DNA from: Felis catus
Lineage: Eukaryota
NCBI RefSeq assembly: GCF_018350175.1
Contig: NC_058368.1
Coordinates: 23,748,001 to 23,812,000 of the forward strand
Length of the DNA stretch: 64,000 bases
Direction of reading: 5' to 3'
Numbering within the stretch: position 1 is the first letter of the stretch; every line of letters begins with the position of its first letter. The position numbers were made by a program, and so were the translations under genes. Below are positions 51,537 through 64,000 of this stretch, piece after piece. The notes beneath the pieces were generated by a model. That model searched no databases. It was not told where the DNA came from and saw nothing but the letters and a program-made list of their open reading frames with translations.

Positions 51537-53706
51537 AGTAGTATAGACATTTTAACAGTATTTTTGCTTCTAATACATAATTATGGAATGTTTTCCCCTT
51601 TGTCTTCTTCATTTGTTTTCATAACCTTTCAAAAGTTTTCAGCAAATATGTGCGTGTGTGTGTACATGTATATTTAAATCATGAAAGGATACTGAATTTT
51701 ATTAAATGTTTTGAATTGGTCAGATTTATTTTTAGACTGTTTATCTGAAAATACATTAAGTGATTTTGTACACTTAACCAATTTGCATCCTGTGATAAAC
51801 CCCATTTGGTCAATATGTAATAATATTTTTAACATATTTCTGATTCAATTTGCTAATACTTTGTCAGTGCTTTTGTATCTATGTCTAAGAGAAATGTTGA
51901 TATGCAGTTTCCTCTTCTTAAAGTATCACTGTCCAGTTTTGATAGCAAGGTAATGCTGGCTTCATAAAATATGCTGGGAAGTGTTTCCTTATTCTATCTC
52001 CATGTAAATCTTACAGTTTTCAAGAAATTTGTCCATTTCTTCTAAGTTGTTGAATTAATAAATGCAAAGTTAGGAGAGGGGCCAAGATGGGGGAACAGCA
52101 TGGAAGTTTTTTTGTTTTTTGTTTTTTTTTGCATCTCTTGTCCCTGAAATACAGCCAGATCAACACTAAACCATTCAGAACACCTAGAAAACTTATTTGA
52201 GGATTAACACAACAATCTGCATAACCTGAACCATGGAATTCAGCAGGTAGACAGCACAGAGAGGTAAACTGGGGAAAAGAGAAGTCGCAGAGGGCAGGGA
52301 GCTGTTTTTGCTTGTGGAGAGACAGGGATGGGGGGGATGGGGTGTTGAGGAGAGTACAGGAAATTATTCCCCCCTGCCCAAGAGCAGCTAGACAGAAAAA
52401 AGAGTATGCAAGAGACTGAACAAAAAAGGAAGAAAGAAGAAAGGAGAGGGTTCAAATTCCATTAAGACCCTACAAACAGGGGGAGCACAGAGTCTGAAAT
52501 TCTGCAGCTTATACCTAGCTGTGCTCTGGTGGGAAGGGCAAACTCCAGGAGCAGAGAGCGAGGTGCAAGGGGTCCTCAGACCACACAGGGAGAGGCAATT
52601 CCCCTGCTGGGAAAACATTCAATAGAGGCTGGGTGACCACCCCACAGACAAAGGTCCCAGTGTACCCTGGAGAACAATCACATTTGCTGGTGCTGGAACA
52701 AGGACATTAAGTCTGAAGCCTGGTGCCAGATGTCTGTTGCGATTTACCATAATCCCTGAAACACTGCTGCTGTATATTCACATGAACTTTTTCTGGGGAA
52801 GGCTGGCACCCAGCCACAGTCTCTGGGCATCAGCAGCAGCATGATCCTGCGAATGTTCCTGAGGACAGCCAGGCACCTGGCCATTACTCATTGAGACCTT
52901 CCCCCAGAAGGTCTGAGCAGGTCACTCAGAAGTGAGGGATTGGGAAACACAGCACATCTGAGATAAAACTCAGGAGGCAGGTGCCTCCTGGCAACGTGAC
53001 AGCTTGGTCACAGACAGTGTAAAAGTGGGGACTGGATGGAAGCCGGAAACAAAGGAGGGTGTGCAATTGCTGGTGGGGGAGAATAGAGTTCCAATAGTTG
53101 AGACTGGGTAGCTGGGTGATGTCATTTTCACCCGTCCTAAGCCCCACAACAATCCACCGAGTAAGCTAAGCAGTGCCATCTACTGAAGACGGGAGCAGTT
53201 ACACTAAGCCCCACCCAACTGGGCCAATCTTGCTTTTGAAGAACACCACAAGTCTCCCTGCATGCTTGGTTTACGGACTATAAAGTAAATTTCGTAGTTT
53301 GAATTCTAAGGGAAACTGACGTAATTTCAATCATATTTCAGTCTTTTCGCTGGTCCATCAATTCCATTTTTTTTTCTTATTCTTGAATACAGAAAATATT
53401 TATTTTAATTTTCAATTTTTACTGAGAGTATTTTTCTTTACATTTTTTTCTAGTACTTTTTTCGGAAAAATTTCAAATTACATTTTACTTATTTCAATTT
53501 ATTCCATTTCATTGTATTCTTTTTTTCAGATTTTCAAATTTTACTTTTCCCTTTCTTATCTTTCCCTTTTATCTCTAATCTATCAAGCTCCTTTCAACAA
53601 CCATACCAAAACACACCTAGGATCAAGCACCATTTGATTTTTTTTTGTTTTTAATTTTTAACTGAAATTTCTTAACCTTACTAATTCCTTTTATCCCTTC
53701 AAAATA

Positions 53707-54586
53707 ATGAAATGGAAGAAATTCACCCCAAAAGAAAGAACAGGAAAAAATGACAGCCAGACTCTGAATCAACAGAGATACAAGCAAGATGTCTGAACCA
53801 GAATTTAGAATCACGATAAGAATACAATCTGGGGTTGAAAATAGATTAGAATCCCTTTCTGGGGAGATAAAAGAAGTAAAAGCTGGTCAGGATGAAACCA
53901 AAAAATGCTATAACTGAGCTGCAATCTCAAATAGATGTCACTGCAGAAAGGATGGATGAGGCAAAGCAGCAAATCAGTGATAGAGAGGCCAAACCTATGG
54001 TTAATAATGAAGCAGGAAAAACAGGAGACTAAGGCAAAAGAGTACGATTTAAGAATTAGAGCAATCAGTGGCTCATTAAAAAGGAACAACATCAGAATCA
54101 TGTGGGTCCCATTAAACGAAGAGAGAGAGAGATAGGGGTAGAAGGGTTATGTGAGCAAATCATAGCAGAAAACTTTCCTAACCTGGGGAAAGACATAGAC
54201 ATCAAAATCCAGGAAACAGAGAGGACTCCCATAAGATTCAACAAAAACGGGCCATCAACAAGGCATATCATAGTAAAATTCACAAAACACTGAGGCAAGA
54301 AAAATTCATGAAAGCAGCAAAGGAAAAAAAAAGAGTCCTTAACCTACAAGGGCAGACAGATCAGGTTTGCAGCAGACCTATCCACAGAAACTTGGCAGGC
54401 CAGAAAGAGTGGCAGGACATATTCAATGTGTGGAATCAGAAAAATATGCAGTCAAGAATTCTTTATCCAGCAAGGCTGTCATTCAAAATAGAAGGAGAGA
54501 TAAAAAGTTTCCCAGACAAACAAAAATTAAAGAAGTTCATGACCACTAAACCAGCCCTGGAAGAAATTTTAAGGGGGACTCTCTGA
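53707..54586 (+). pseudogene. L1 ORF1 (disrupted)
   Basis: Fragments EQIIAENFPNLGKD and ILYPARLSFKIEGEIKSFPDKQKLK...ILRGTL*. Confidence 0.9.
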
Positions 54587-54682
54587 GTGGAGAAAAGATG
54601 GAAAAAAAGAAAGGCCAAAAGCAACAAATACTAAAAAGGACCAAAGAACACCACCAGAAACTGCAACTCTACAGGCAACATA

Positions 54683-57600
54683 ATGGCAAGACATTGATAT
54701 CTTTCAGTACTCACTCTAAATGTCAATGGACTCAATGCTCCAATCAAAAGACACAGGGTAACAGAATGGATAAAGAACAATATCCATCTATCTTCTGTTT
54801 ACAAGAGACCCACTTTAGACTTCAAGACACCTTCAGATTGAAAGTAAGGGAATGGAGAATCATCTATGATGCTAATGGTCAACAAAAGAAAGCTGGAGTA
54901 GCCATACATATATCAGACAATGTAGACTTTAAAATAAAGACTGTATCAAGAGATGCAGAAGGGCATTATATCATAATCAAGGAGTCTATCCACGAAGAAG
55001 ACCTAACAATTGTAAACATTTATGCACCAAATGTGAGAGCACCCAAATATGTAAATCAATTAATCACAAACATAAAGAAACTCATCGATAGTAATACCAC
55101 AATAGTAGGAGACTTCAACACCCCACTCACAGCAATGGACACATCATCCAAACAGAAAATCAATGAGGAAACAATGGCTTTGAATGACACACTGGACCAG
55201 ATGGACTTAATAGATATATTCAGAACATTTCATCCTAAAGCAGCAGAATATACATTCTTCTCTAGTGCACATGGAACGTTTCTCCAGAACAGATCACATA
55301 CTGGGACATAAATCAGCCCTCAATGAGTACAAAGAGATTGAGATCATACCATGCATATTTTCAGACCATAATGCTATGAAATTCAAAATCAACCCTAAGA
55401 AAAATGTGGAAAGATGACAAATACTTATAAACTAAAGACCATCTTACTAAAGAATCAATGGGCTAACCAAGAAGTTAAAAAGGAAATTAAAAAGTACATG
55501 GAAGTCAATGAAAATGATAACATCACAGCCCAAAACCTCTGGGATGCAGCAAGGGTGGTCATAAGAGGGAAGTATATAGCAATCCAGGCCTCCCTAAAGA
55601 AGGAAGAAAGGTCTCAGATACACAACCTAGCCTTATGCCTTAAAGAGCTGAAAAAAGAACAGCAAATAAAACCCAAAACCAGCAGAAGACAGGAAATAAT
55701 AAAGACTAGATCAGAAATCAATGATATGGAAACAAACAAACCAAAAACCAGAACAGGTCAATGAAACCAGAAGCTGGTTCTTTGAAAGAATTAACAAAGT
55801 TGATAAACCACTAGCCAGTTTGATCAGAAAATAAAAGGAAAGGACCCAAATAAATAAAATCAAGAAAGAAAGAGGAGAGATCACAATCAACAAATCAGAA
55901 ATACAAACAATAAGAGAATATTATGAGCAATTATATGCCAATAAAATGGGCAATCTGGAAGAAATGGACCTATTCCTAGAAACATATACACTACCAAAAC
56001 TGGAACAGGAAGTAATAGAAAATGTGAACAGACCCGTAACCAGTAAGGAAATTGAATTAGTAAGCAAAAATCTGCCAAAAAACAAGAGTCCAGGGCCAGA
56101 TGGCTTTCCAGGGGAATTCTACCAAACATTTAAGGAAGAGTTAACACCTATTCTCTTGAAAGTGTTCCAAAAAATAGAAATGGAAGGAAAACTTCCAAAC
56201 TCTTTCTATGAAGCCAGCATGACCTTGATTCTAAAACCAGACAGAGACCCCACTAAAAAGGAGAACTACAGACCAATTTCCCTGATGAACATGGATGCAA
56301 AAATCCTCAACAAGGTAGCAGCCAACAAGATCCAGCAATACATTAAAAAAAATATTCACCACAACCAAGTGGGATTTATACCTGGGATGCAGGGCTGGTT
56401 CAACATCAACAACGCAATTAACATGATTCATCACATCAATAAAAGAAAGAACAAGAAATACATGAACATCTCAATAGATGCAGAGAAAGCATTTGACAAA
56501 ATACAGCATCCTTTCTTGATACAAACCCTCAAGAAAGTAGGGATAGAAGGAGCATACCTCGGGATCATAAAAGCCACATATGCAAGACCCAATGCTAATA
56601 TCATCCTCAATGGGGAAAAACTGAGAGCTTTCCCCCTAAGGTCAGGAACAAGACAGGGATGTCCACTCTCACCACTGTTATTCAACATAGTATGGGAAGT
56701 CTTAGCCTCAGCAGACAACACAAAGAAATAAAAGGCATCCAAATCGGCCAGCAGGAGGTCAAACTTTCACTTTTCCCAGATGACATGATACTCTATATGG
56801 AAACCCCAAAAGATTCCACCTAAAAACTGCTAGAACTGATCTGTGAATTCAGCAAAGTGGCAGGATATGAAATGAATACACAGAAATCACTTACATTCCT
56901 ACACTCCAATAATAAAAGCAACAGAAAGAGAAATCAAGGAATCAATCCCATTTACAATCACACCAAAAACCATAAAATACCTAGGAATAAAATTAACCAA
57001 AGAGGTGAAAAATCTATACACTGAAACTATAGAAAGCTTATGAAAGAAATTAAAGAAGACACAAAAACATGGAAAACTATTCCATGCTCCTGGATAGAAA
57101 GAGCAAATATTGTTAAAATGTCGATACCGCCCAAATCAATATACATATTCAATGTGATCCCTATCAAAATAACACCAGCATTCTTCACAGTGCTAGAACA
57201 AACAATCCTAAAATTTGTTCAGAACCAGAAAAGACCCCAAATAGCCAAAGCAATCCTGAAAAATAAAACCAAAGCTGGAGACATCACAATCCTGGACTTT
57301 AAGATGTAATAAAGCTGTAATCATCAAGACAGTATGGTACTGGTACAAAAACAGACACTCAGACCAGTGGAACAGAAGAGAACCCAGAAATGAACCCACA
57401 AACGTATGGCCAACTAATCTTTGACAAAGTAGGAAAGACTATCCAATGGAATAAAGACAGTGTCTTCAGCAAGTGGTGCTGGGAAAAGTTGACAGTGACA
57501 TGCATAAAAATGAACCTGGACCACTTTCTTACACCATACACAAAAATACCTCAAAATGGAAGAATAATACAGGAAGCCATCAAAATCCTAGAGAAGAAAG

Positions 57601-58468
57601 AATGGAAAAACCTCTTTGACCTTGTCCACAGCAACTTTTTACTGAACACGTCTTTAGAGGCAAGGTAAACAAAAGCAAAAATGAACTACTGGGACTTCAT
57701 CAAAATAAAAAGCTTCTGCACAGAAAAGGAATCAACCAGCAAAACTAAAAGGCAACCTAAAGAATTGCAGAAGATATTTTCAAATGACACATCAGATAAA
57801 GTGTTAGTGTCCAAAATCTATAAAGAACTTATCAACCTCAACACCCAAAAAACAAATAATCCATGGAAGAAATGGGCAAAAGACATGAATAGACATTACT
57901 CTGAAGACAACATGCAGATGGCCAACTGACACATGAAAAAATGCTCAACATCACTCATCATCAGGGAAATACAAATCAAAACCACAATGAGATACCACCT
58001 CATACCTGTCAGAATGGCTAACAACTCAAGCAACAACAGATGATGAAGTTGCAGAAAAAGATGATCTCTTTTGCAATTTTTGTGGGAATGCAAACTGGAG
58101 AGCCGCTATGGAAAACAGTATGGAGGTTCCTCAAAAATTAAAAATAGAACTACCCTATACCCAGAAATTGCACTACTAGGTATGTATCCAAGGGATACAG
58201 GTATGCTGTTTCGAAGCGGCACATGCACCCCAATGTTTATAGCAGTGCTATCGACAACAGCCAAAGTATGGAAAGAGCCCAAATATCCATTGATGGGTGA
58301 ATGGATAAACAAGATGTGGTGTATATATATAGAGAATTACGTGCCAATCAAAAAGAATGAAATCTTGCCATCTGCAACTCCGTGGATGGAACTAGAGGGT
58401 TTTATGCTAAGTGAAATTAGTCAGAGAAAGACAATAGACATATGACTTCACTCATATGAGGACTTTAA
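54683..58468 (+). pseudogene. L1 ORF2 (disrupted)
   Basis: [48 protein letters not shown] core mutated to FPDDM at ~56773. Confidence 0.95.
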
Positions 58469-59370
58469 GACACAAAATAGATGAATATAAGAGAAGGGAA
58501 GCATAAATAATATAAAAACAGGGAGGGGGACAAAAACATAAGAGACTCTTAAATATGGAGAATAAACCAAGGGTTGGGGGGGATGGGCTAAGTGGGTGAG
58601 AGACATTAAGGAATCTACTCCTGAAATCATTGTTGCACTGTATGCTAACTTGGATAGAAATTAAAAAATAATTTAAAAAAATAAATATAAAGTTAAATTT
58701 CATATTCTCTTAATATACTTTTAAGTGTCCGATGATCCAGGGTGATATTTTTTCTTTTATTGCTGATATTGGTAATTTGTATCTTTTCCCCCCTGATGTT
58801 TCTGACAAGAGTTTCATCAATTTTATTGATCTTTTCAAAGAACCAGGTTTGGGCATCATTAGTTTTCTCTATTGTTTTCTGGGTTCAAGTTCATGCATTG
58901 ATTTTTTCCTTTGTTCCCCCAAAGATTTGTTATTCATTAACCTCAATATAAATTACCTATTATAATTTTTGTTATTGTTTGCTTTCCTTACTAGAATATA
59001 AGCAAGGCTAGACTCTACATCTGCTTTGTTCATTGAATATATTCCAAACAACTACAATAGTCCCTGCACAGACTGAACAGCAATCAACACTGGTTGGATT
59101 AACTAATAAACTTTGCCCTAGCACATATTTTATGTTGGATCTTGGACTGGGAATTTCATATAGTTAATCTAATTCAGTATACTAGATTAGAAGAGTAAAA
59201 CATTATGATTGTTAATATCCAGAAGTTTGTATTATATCATTTCTGAAAGAATAACATTAATTTCAAATCACAAGAAGGGCACATTTTGTTTTAAAAAATG
59301 CCACTGAGAAGTCTATGATTGGAAATAATATCCAAGGACCAAACGGTTAATTTAAAAGGGCAATTAAGCG

Positions 59371-59820
59371 TTTTTTAAAAAATGTTTGTTTGGGGCGCCT
59401 GGGTGGCGCAGTCGGTTAAGCGTCCGACTTCAGCCAGGTCACGATCTCGCGGTCCGTGAGTTCGAGCCCCGCGTCAGGCTCTGGGCTGATGGCTCAGAGC
59501 CTGGAGCCTGTTTCTGATTCTGTGTATCCTTCTCTCTCTGCCCCTCCCCCGTTCATGCTCTGTCTCTCTCTGTCCCCCCAAAAATAAATAAATGTTGAAA
59601 AAAAAATGTTTGTTTATTTTTAAGAGAGAAAGAGACAATGCAAGTAGGGGAGGGGCAGAGAGAGGGAGAGACAGAATCCAAAATAGGCTCCAGGCTCTGA
59701 ACAGTCAGCATGGAGCCCGATGTAGAGCTCAAACCCATGAACCACGAGATCATGACCTGCTGTGAGATCATGACCTGAGTTGAAGTTGGGGGCTTAACCT
59801 ACTGAGCCACCTGGGGCCAC
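59371..59820 (-). mobile_element. CAN-SINE whose tail is interrupted by a younger SINE
   Basis: Reversed body 59616-59820 with an internal duplication of gagatcatgacctg; rest of tail at 59371-59391. Confidence 0.88.
59392..59600 (+). mobile_element. Young feline SINE (SINEC_Fc-like)
   Basis: Perfect TSD aaaaaatgtttgttt at 59377-59391 and 59601-59615. Confidence 0.96.
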
Positions 59821-60564
59821 CCTCCCCCTTTTTAAAGGAAAGCATTACAGAGGGTCTATGTGTCTAGCATAAACCTGAAGACAAAGATGGACCTCATATC
59901 AAGGTAGATTCTTAAAATTACTATCTTTATGTTTCTAACATCTTGTATTTCTTAATTTATCATGAAATACTGAATAGTATAAAGACCTTTCATGGTAGTC
60001 TTTCCAACAAAGTATGCCTATTAGATTACTCACATTATTCCTCAACTTTTTTGGCAGTGAAAGTTTGACTACAATCCCAGAACCTTTCAAAGTGTGAATA
60101 GCTAGCAACATACTCTATTCATAGGAGGCTATGGATGTCTGTGAAGAAGTTTCCCAACTTCTAAAGGTCAGTTGTTAAAATACTTCAACTTCCCCTCTGG
60201 AAGCTTCATCTGATAATCTCTTCATCAATCTGACCTTAATATTAGATTGTGTCTAATATTCTTCTAAGTATTTATCTACTGAGAACTTTGAAGTCAATTT
60301 ATGAGCAAAAGCTATTTTATTTCTTTGTCTAATCCTCTCCTTTAATATCTTCTCTGAAAGGGTCATTCATTCACTCAACAAATGTTTATTGAAAACTTAT
60401 GGACTACCACGCACCATTCAAGAACTCTGGAGGTAAAAGAGTGTAGAAGGCAGAAATGTCCCTGTTCTCATAAAGTCAGTTCTTCAGGTCAAATCTTCTA
60501 ACACAATTCTCTGTACTTCAGTCCTAGTTAGGGCTCTTTTACTCTTGGGTAGATTGGTCAAGCA

Positions 60565-60779
60565 CAGCGGTCTTCAACTAGGGGAAATTTTGTCCCCCAG
60601 GAGACATTGGGAAATGCCTGAATATATTTTTGTTTATCACAACTGGGAAGGGTGTGATAGTGACATCTAATGGTTGGAGGCCAAGCATGCAATGAGCCAT
60701 CCTATAATGAACAAGATGGTGTCACAACAAGGAAGGATTATGTTCAAGATATCAATAGTGCCGAGGTTGAGAAACCCTA
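60565..60779 (+). mobile_element. MER20-like hAT-Charlie MITE
   Basis: 'cagcggtcttcaactaggggaaattttgtccccc...aatagtgccgaggttgagaaaccct'; 8-bp TSD gtcaagca/gtctagca. Confidence 0.85.
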
Positions 60780-62640
60780 GTCTAGCAGACCCATAAATTT
60801 TATAGTGATGTTAGTGATATAGTAATGCTGGAAATATTCAAAGCCAAGTTCAAATAGAAAAGAGATGGGTTTAATTTTCTGATACCTGAGAAATGTTTGC
60901 GAACATATTTACCAACTATTGAAATGTTTCTTCCGTAATACGGCAAATGCAAAAGCAAATACTTACAAACTGACCTTTTCACATTAATGTCATTTTTACT
61001 ATCATTTGCTTTCAACAGACATCACAGAGTGAGGATATTTCAAATGTTGCTATTTAAGTTATGTTGTTAAAAGCTAGAATATTCCATCCAAGCTGAGCCA
61101 CTCAGCTCCACTTTTAATAGCTTTGGAAGATGTTGGAAGAGAGAATTTTCTTGTTCTTGATTCATTCTCTAGTTGAGATCAATGTGGCCTTCCCTGTTTA
61201 CAATCTCTCCAAATCTATCCTAATTTTTATCATTCATATCAACCCTCTGTACTTGGTACTTTTAAAGCATGTACCATTTACTTATCATTTCCAGAGATAT
61301 AAATAACAAGGATGGATATGCTTTTGACACAAGACATCTGGATTTGCATGCTTACTTCTCTATGGAAACTTTCTCCAGGAATAGCAATCTGAATCAAATT
61401 CAGAATATATTTGGTTATGCTTTTTAATCATCACAGATAATATTACTTGCCTACCCATAATTCACTGAAATTGTCCATGGAGTTATATTCCTAAAATATA
61501 AGCCAATCATAATATTTATTCTCCAAAACAAATAAAACATCTGTGCTGTCCCCAACTCCATTGTCTCCTACTTCCTAAAAATGTGTCAGACATTTTAGTC
61601 TCATTTTTGTATGTTCTCTTATCTAAACACAAACTACCTTCCAGCCAAATTTTGTTCCCCTTGTTTCAACTTCCTTCTCTTGGTTTAGGAAGATAGGCGA
61701 AGGTTCAGACTGATTGCTGGCATGTCCCTTGTGTTTAATACATTAACAACTTGTGCATATTGGCTATGTATCATCACTGGTTGTGGAGGTGAAGGCCATG
61801 AGGAATGATGGACTGAAGGCTTCAGGGGTGGAGGGTAGCCACCTTTTCAAAGTAACTGCCAAGAGGTTGAGGCAGGACTTGGGGCAGGGCATCTTTCTCA
61901 AGAGTCCCCATGTATGATTCTAGATCAGATTCTAGAGGCAGCCTCCTAGAGAGTTGTTGAGCTAGAATCAGGTAAGACATCCACAATGATTCATCATTCC
62001 AAAGAACCTTGTGAAAATGGGAGCTGAGGGAGCTAGAAAATTAAAGGCTGAGGAGTGGTTAGATAAAGAAGTAGAACATTCTTCAAAGAAATGCTTCCTA
62101 AATCAGTAATCCACAAAAATTTACAAGTTTATTTAAATTTCAATTCATTTCAATAATAATCTAAATAAATAATGCAAACATATTTGCGATCATTTGAATG
62201 AACAGTGACTAATTTGAATTTTCCTTACGCATAATGATTTTGAGCATCTTTTCATGAACTTCATGGTAATCTGAATATCTATACAAAGTATTCAAAAGTT
62301 GTTCTTATTTATTTTGAAATAGTTGTAGATTCACAGGAAGATGTAGGTTGTTAAAGTTATGTGTGCAGAGTTGGTTCTTATTATTCCTTTATTATCCCTT
62401 GATGTCTATAATCTTATTTCTTGCCTGTTGTAATCTTGTTTCATTCCTGATGTTGGTAATTTGCGCCTTCTCTTTTTTGGTTTTGAGAAACGTCTTTCAA
62501 TTTTATTGATCTTTTCAAAAAACAAGCCCTTTGTGTAACTGATTTCCTCTACTGTTTTACTGTATTATATTTCATTGAAAACTGTAATTATCTTTTGTTA
62601 TTTCCTTTTGTTTGCTTTGAATTAATTTTCTTCTTTTATT

Positions 62641-62828
62641 ATTTTTTTAAATATTTGTTTTTTTGAGAGAGAGCAAACAGAGAAGGAGCAGAGAGAGAGA
62701 ATCCCAAGTAGGATCCATACTGTCAGCACAGAGCCTGATGGAGGCCTCGATCCCACAAACCATGAGATCATGACCTGAGCAGAAATCAAGAGTTGGGTGT
62801 CCAATCCACTGAGTCACCCAGGTGCTCC
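62641..62828 (-). mobile_element. CAN-SINE
   Basis: Reversed SINE body ending 'cacccaggtgctcc'. Confidence 0.9.
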
Positions 62829-63050
62829 TTGTTCTTTTTTTAGTATGTTGAGATTGACTTGATATTTTCCCCCTTTTCTAATGTAAACATTTAGTACTAT
62901 AATTTTGCCCTCAATACCACTTTAGCTGTATTGTACAAATTTTGATATAATGTGTTCTTAATTCAGTTCTTATTTTTAAAATATTTCTTTTGAAGAGTCC
63001 TCTTTGACCTATGGATTGTTAAAAAGTATCCATTTTAGTTTCCAAGTGTT

Positions 63051-63122
63051 TCATGAACAGTGAGATCATGACCTGAGCCAAAACCAAGAGTTGGATACTT
63101 AACTGAGTCACCCAGGTGCTCC
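63051..63122 (-). mobile_element. 5' half of a CAN-SINE (3' part missing)
   Basis: 'gtgagatcatgacctgagccaaaaccaagagttggatacttaactgagtcacccaggtgctcc', with no CT region or tail. Confidence 0.8.
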
Positions 63123-64000
63123 TATTTATCCTTTTGGTTTTATTTGTTTTGGCTTTACATGCTTTATAATTCCATTTCTTCACAGATTGATTTTATCATT
63201 AGGTAATATCTTTGCCCTTCCTGATAATGTCTTTGGCTGTAAATTTCAGTTTATCTTATATTAATGTGGAGGTTTTACTTCCTTTTGCTTACTATTTGCA
63301 TGATAAATATTTTTACATCATTTTACTTTCAACTGGCCTATATTGTTATATCTGAGAGACATTATGTAACAGGATCATTTTCCTCCCACTCTGAAAATCT
63401 TTGCCTTTTCATTAGTGCATTTAAGTCATTTATATTGAATGTAATAACTAATATATTTGACATTATATTGTTTTTCTGTTTGTTCCATTTTTCTGTTTTC
63501 TTTTTTCTACCTTCCTGTGGGTAACTTGACTGTTTTAGAACTTCATTTTTATCTTTCTGTAGAGTTTTTTTGTAATATGTGGATCTTTTTGCATGTATGT
63601 TTTTAGTGGTTGCTGAAGGTATTACATTATATATATGTAACTTATTATAGTCTATTGGTGTTGACATTTTATCAAGTTAAGTGAAATTTAGAGGTCATGC
63701 TTCCTTTTAAAGTCCTTTTACTCTTCTCCATTTAAATTCTCTTAAATATTTTCTCTACATACATTGAAAGCCTCATCAATGTTATCATTTTTTCTCTTAA
63801 CCATCAAATATAATTCAGAAACTCAAAAAAATAAAATTATGTAGTATTTACCCCTATTTTCCTCTTTTCATTTTTTCCCTTCTTTTATGATATTCCAAGA
63901 TTCCTTACCATTTTATCTGTTTAAAGAATTTCCTTTAACAATTATATTAGGACAGGTCTGCTGTATACAAATTGTCTTAATTTTCTTTCATCTGAGAATT

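Larger units (their letters stand above)
49415..51640 (-). mobile_element. 5'-truncated carnivore L1 (~1.8 kb excluding SINEs)
   Basis: T-tail at ~49417-49438, reversed 3' UTR 'aacacccagtgctcatccc', minus ORFs [12 protein letters not shown] and [14 protein letters not shown]. Confidence 0.9.
52073..58679 (+). mobile_element. Full-length carnivore LINE-1 of a second subfamily, inactivated
   Basis: Starts ggagaggggccaagatgg, ~1.6 kb 5' UTR with T-rich tract, ORF1, ORF2, 3' UTR; TSD aataaat(gc/at)aaagtta at 52057-52072 and 58680-58695. Confidence 0.95.
62190..64000 (-). mobile_element. Old L1 fragments (ORF2 5' region and upstream), running off the window
   Basis: Minus ORF 63362-63667 contains SNILVITFNINDLNALMKRQRFSEW (L1 endonuclease start); 'caattttattgatcttttcaaaaaacaagc'. 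Confidence 0.75.

Noticed and set aside
55946..56731. 261-aa reverse-transcriptase-like ORF as a functional or novel RT gene
   Set aside because: It is a fragment of a frameshifted L1 ORF2 that ends before the catalytic motif. It is not a retron, DGR or domesticated gene.

Overview
AT-rich, repeat-dense mammalian genomic DNA, almost certainly from a felid, because it carries many near-consensus feline CAN-SINEs (SINEC_Fc type) and felid/carnivore LINE-1. It reads as an intergenic region or a large intron. I found no host protein-coding gene, RNA gene, CRISPR array or prokaryotic-type system. Nearly every long ORF in the track is a broken L1 ORF1/ORF2 piece, an antisense shadow of L1, or a microsatellite artefact. 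Main contents are two full-length but inactivated L1s (31401-37551 and 52073-58679), a stack of nested L1 fragments (about 8.8-17.1 kb), about 18 CAN-SINEs or SINE fragments, LTR relics (MER21-like, MLT1 and an unidentified nested solo LTR), hAT MITEs, and ancient L2/MIR fragments. I cannot support a genuinely new biological system. The most notable observations are: one 16-bp target site hit three times (SINE, L1, SINE); a 45-nt polyadenylated micro-retrocopy; a probable short L1 3' transduction; a compound microsatellite built of perfect palindromes; and an ISRE/AP-1 motif cluster in unique sequence. Repeat subfamily names come from recalled consensus similarity, not a database search. Boundaries without a target-site duplication (TSD) are approximate.
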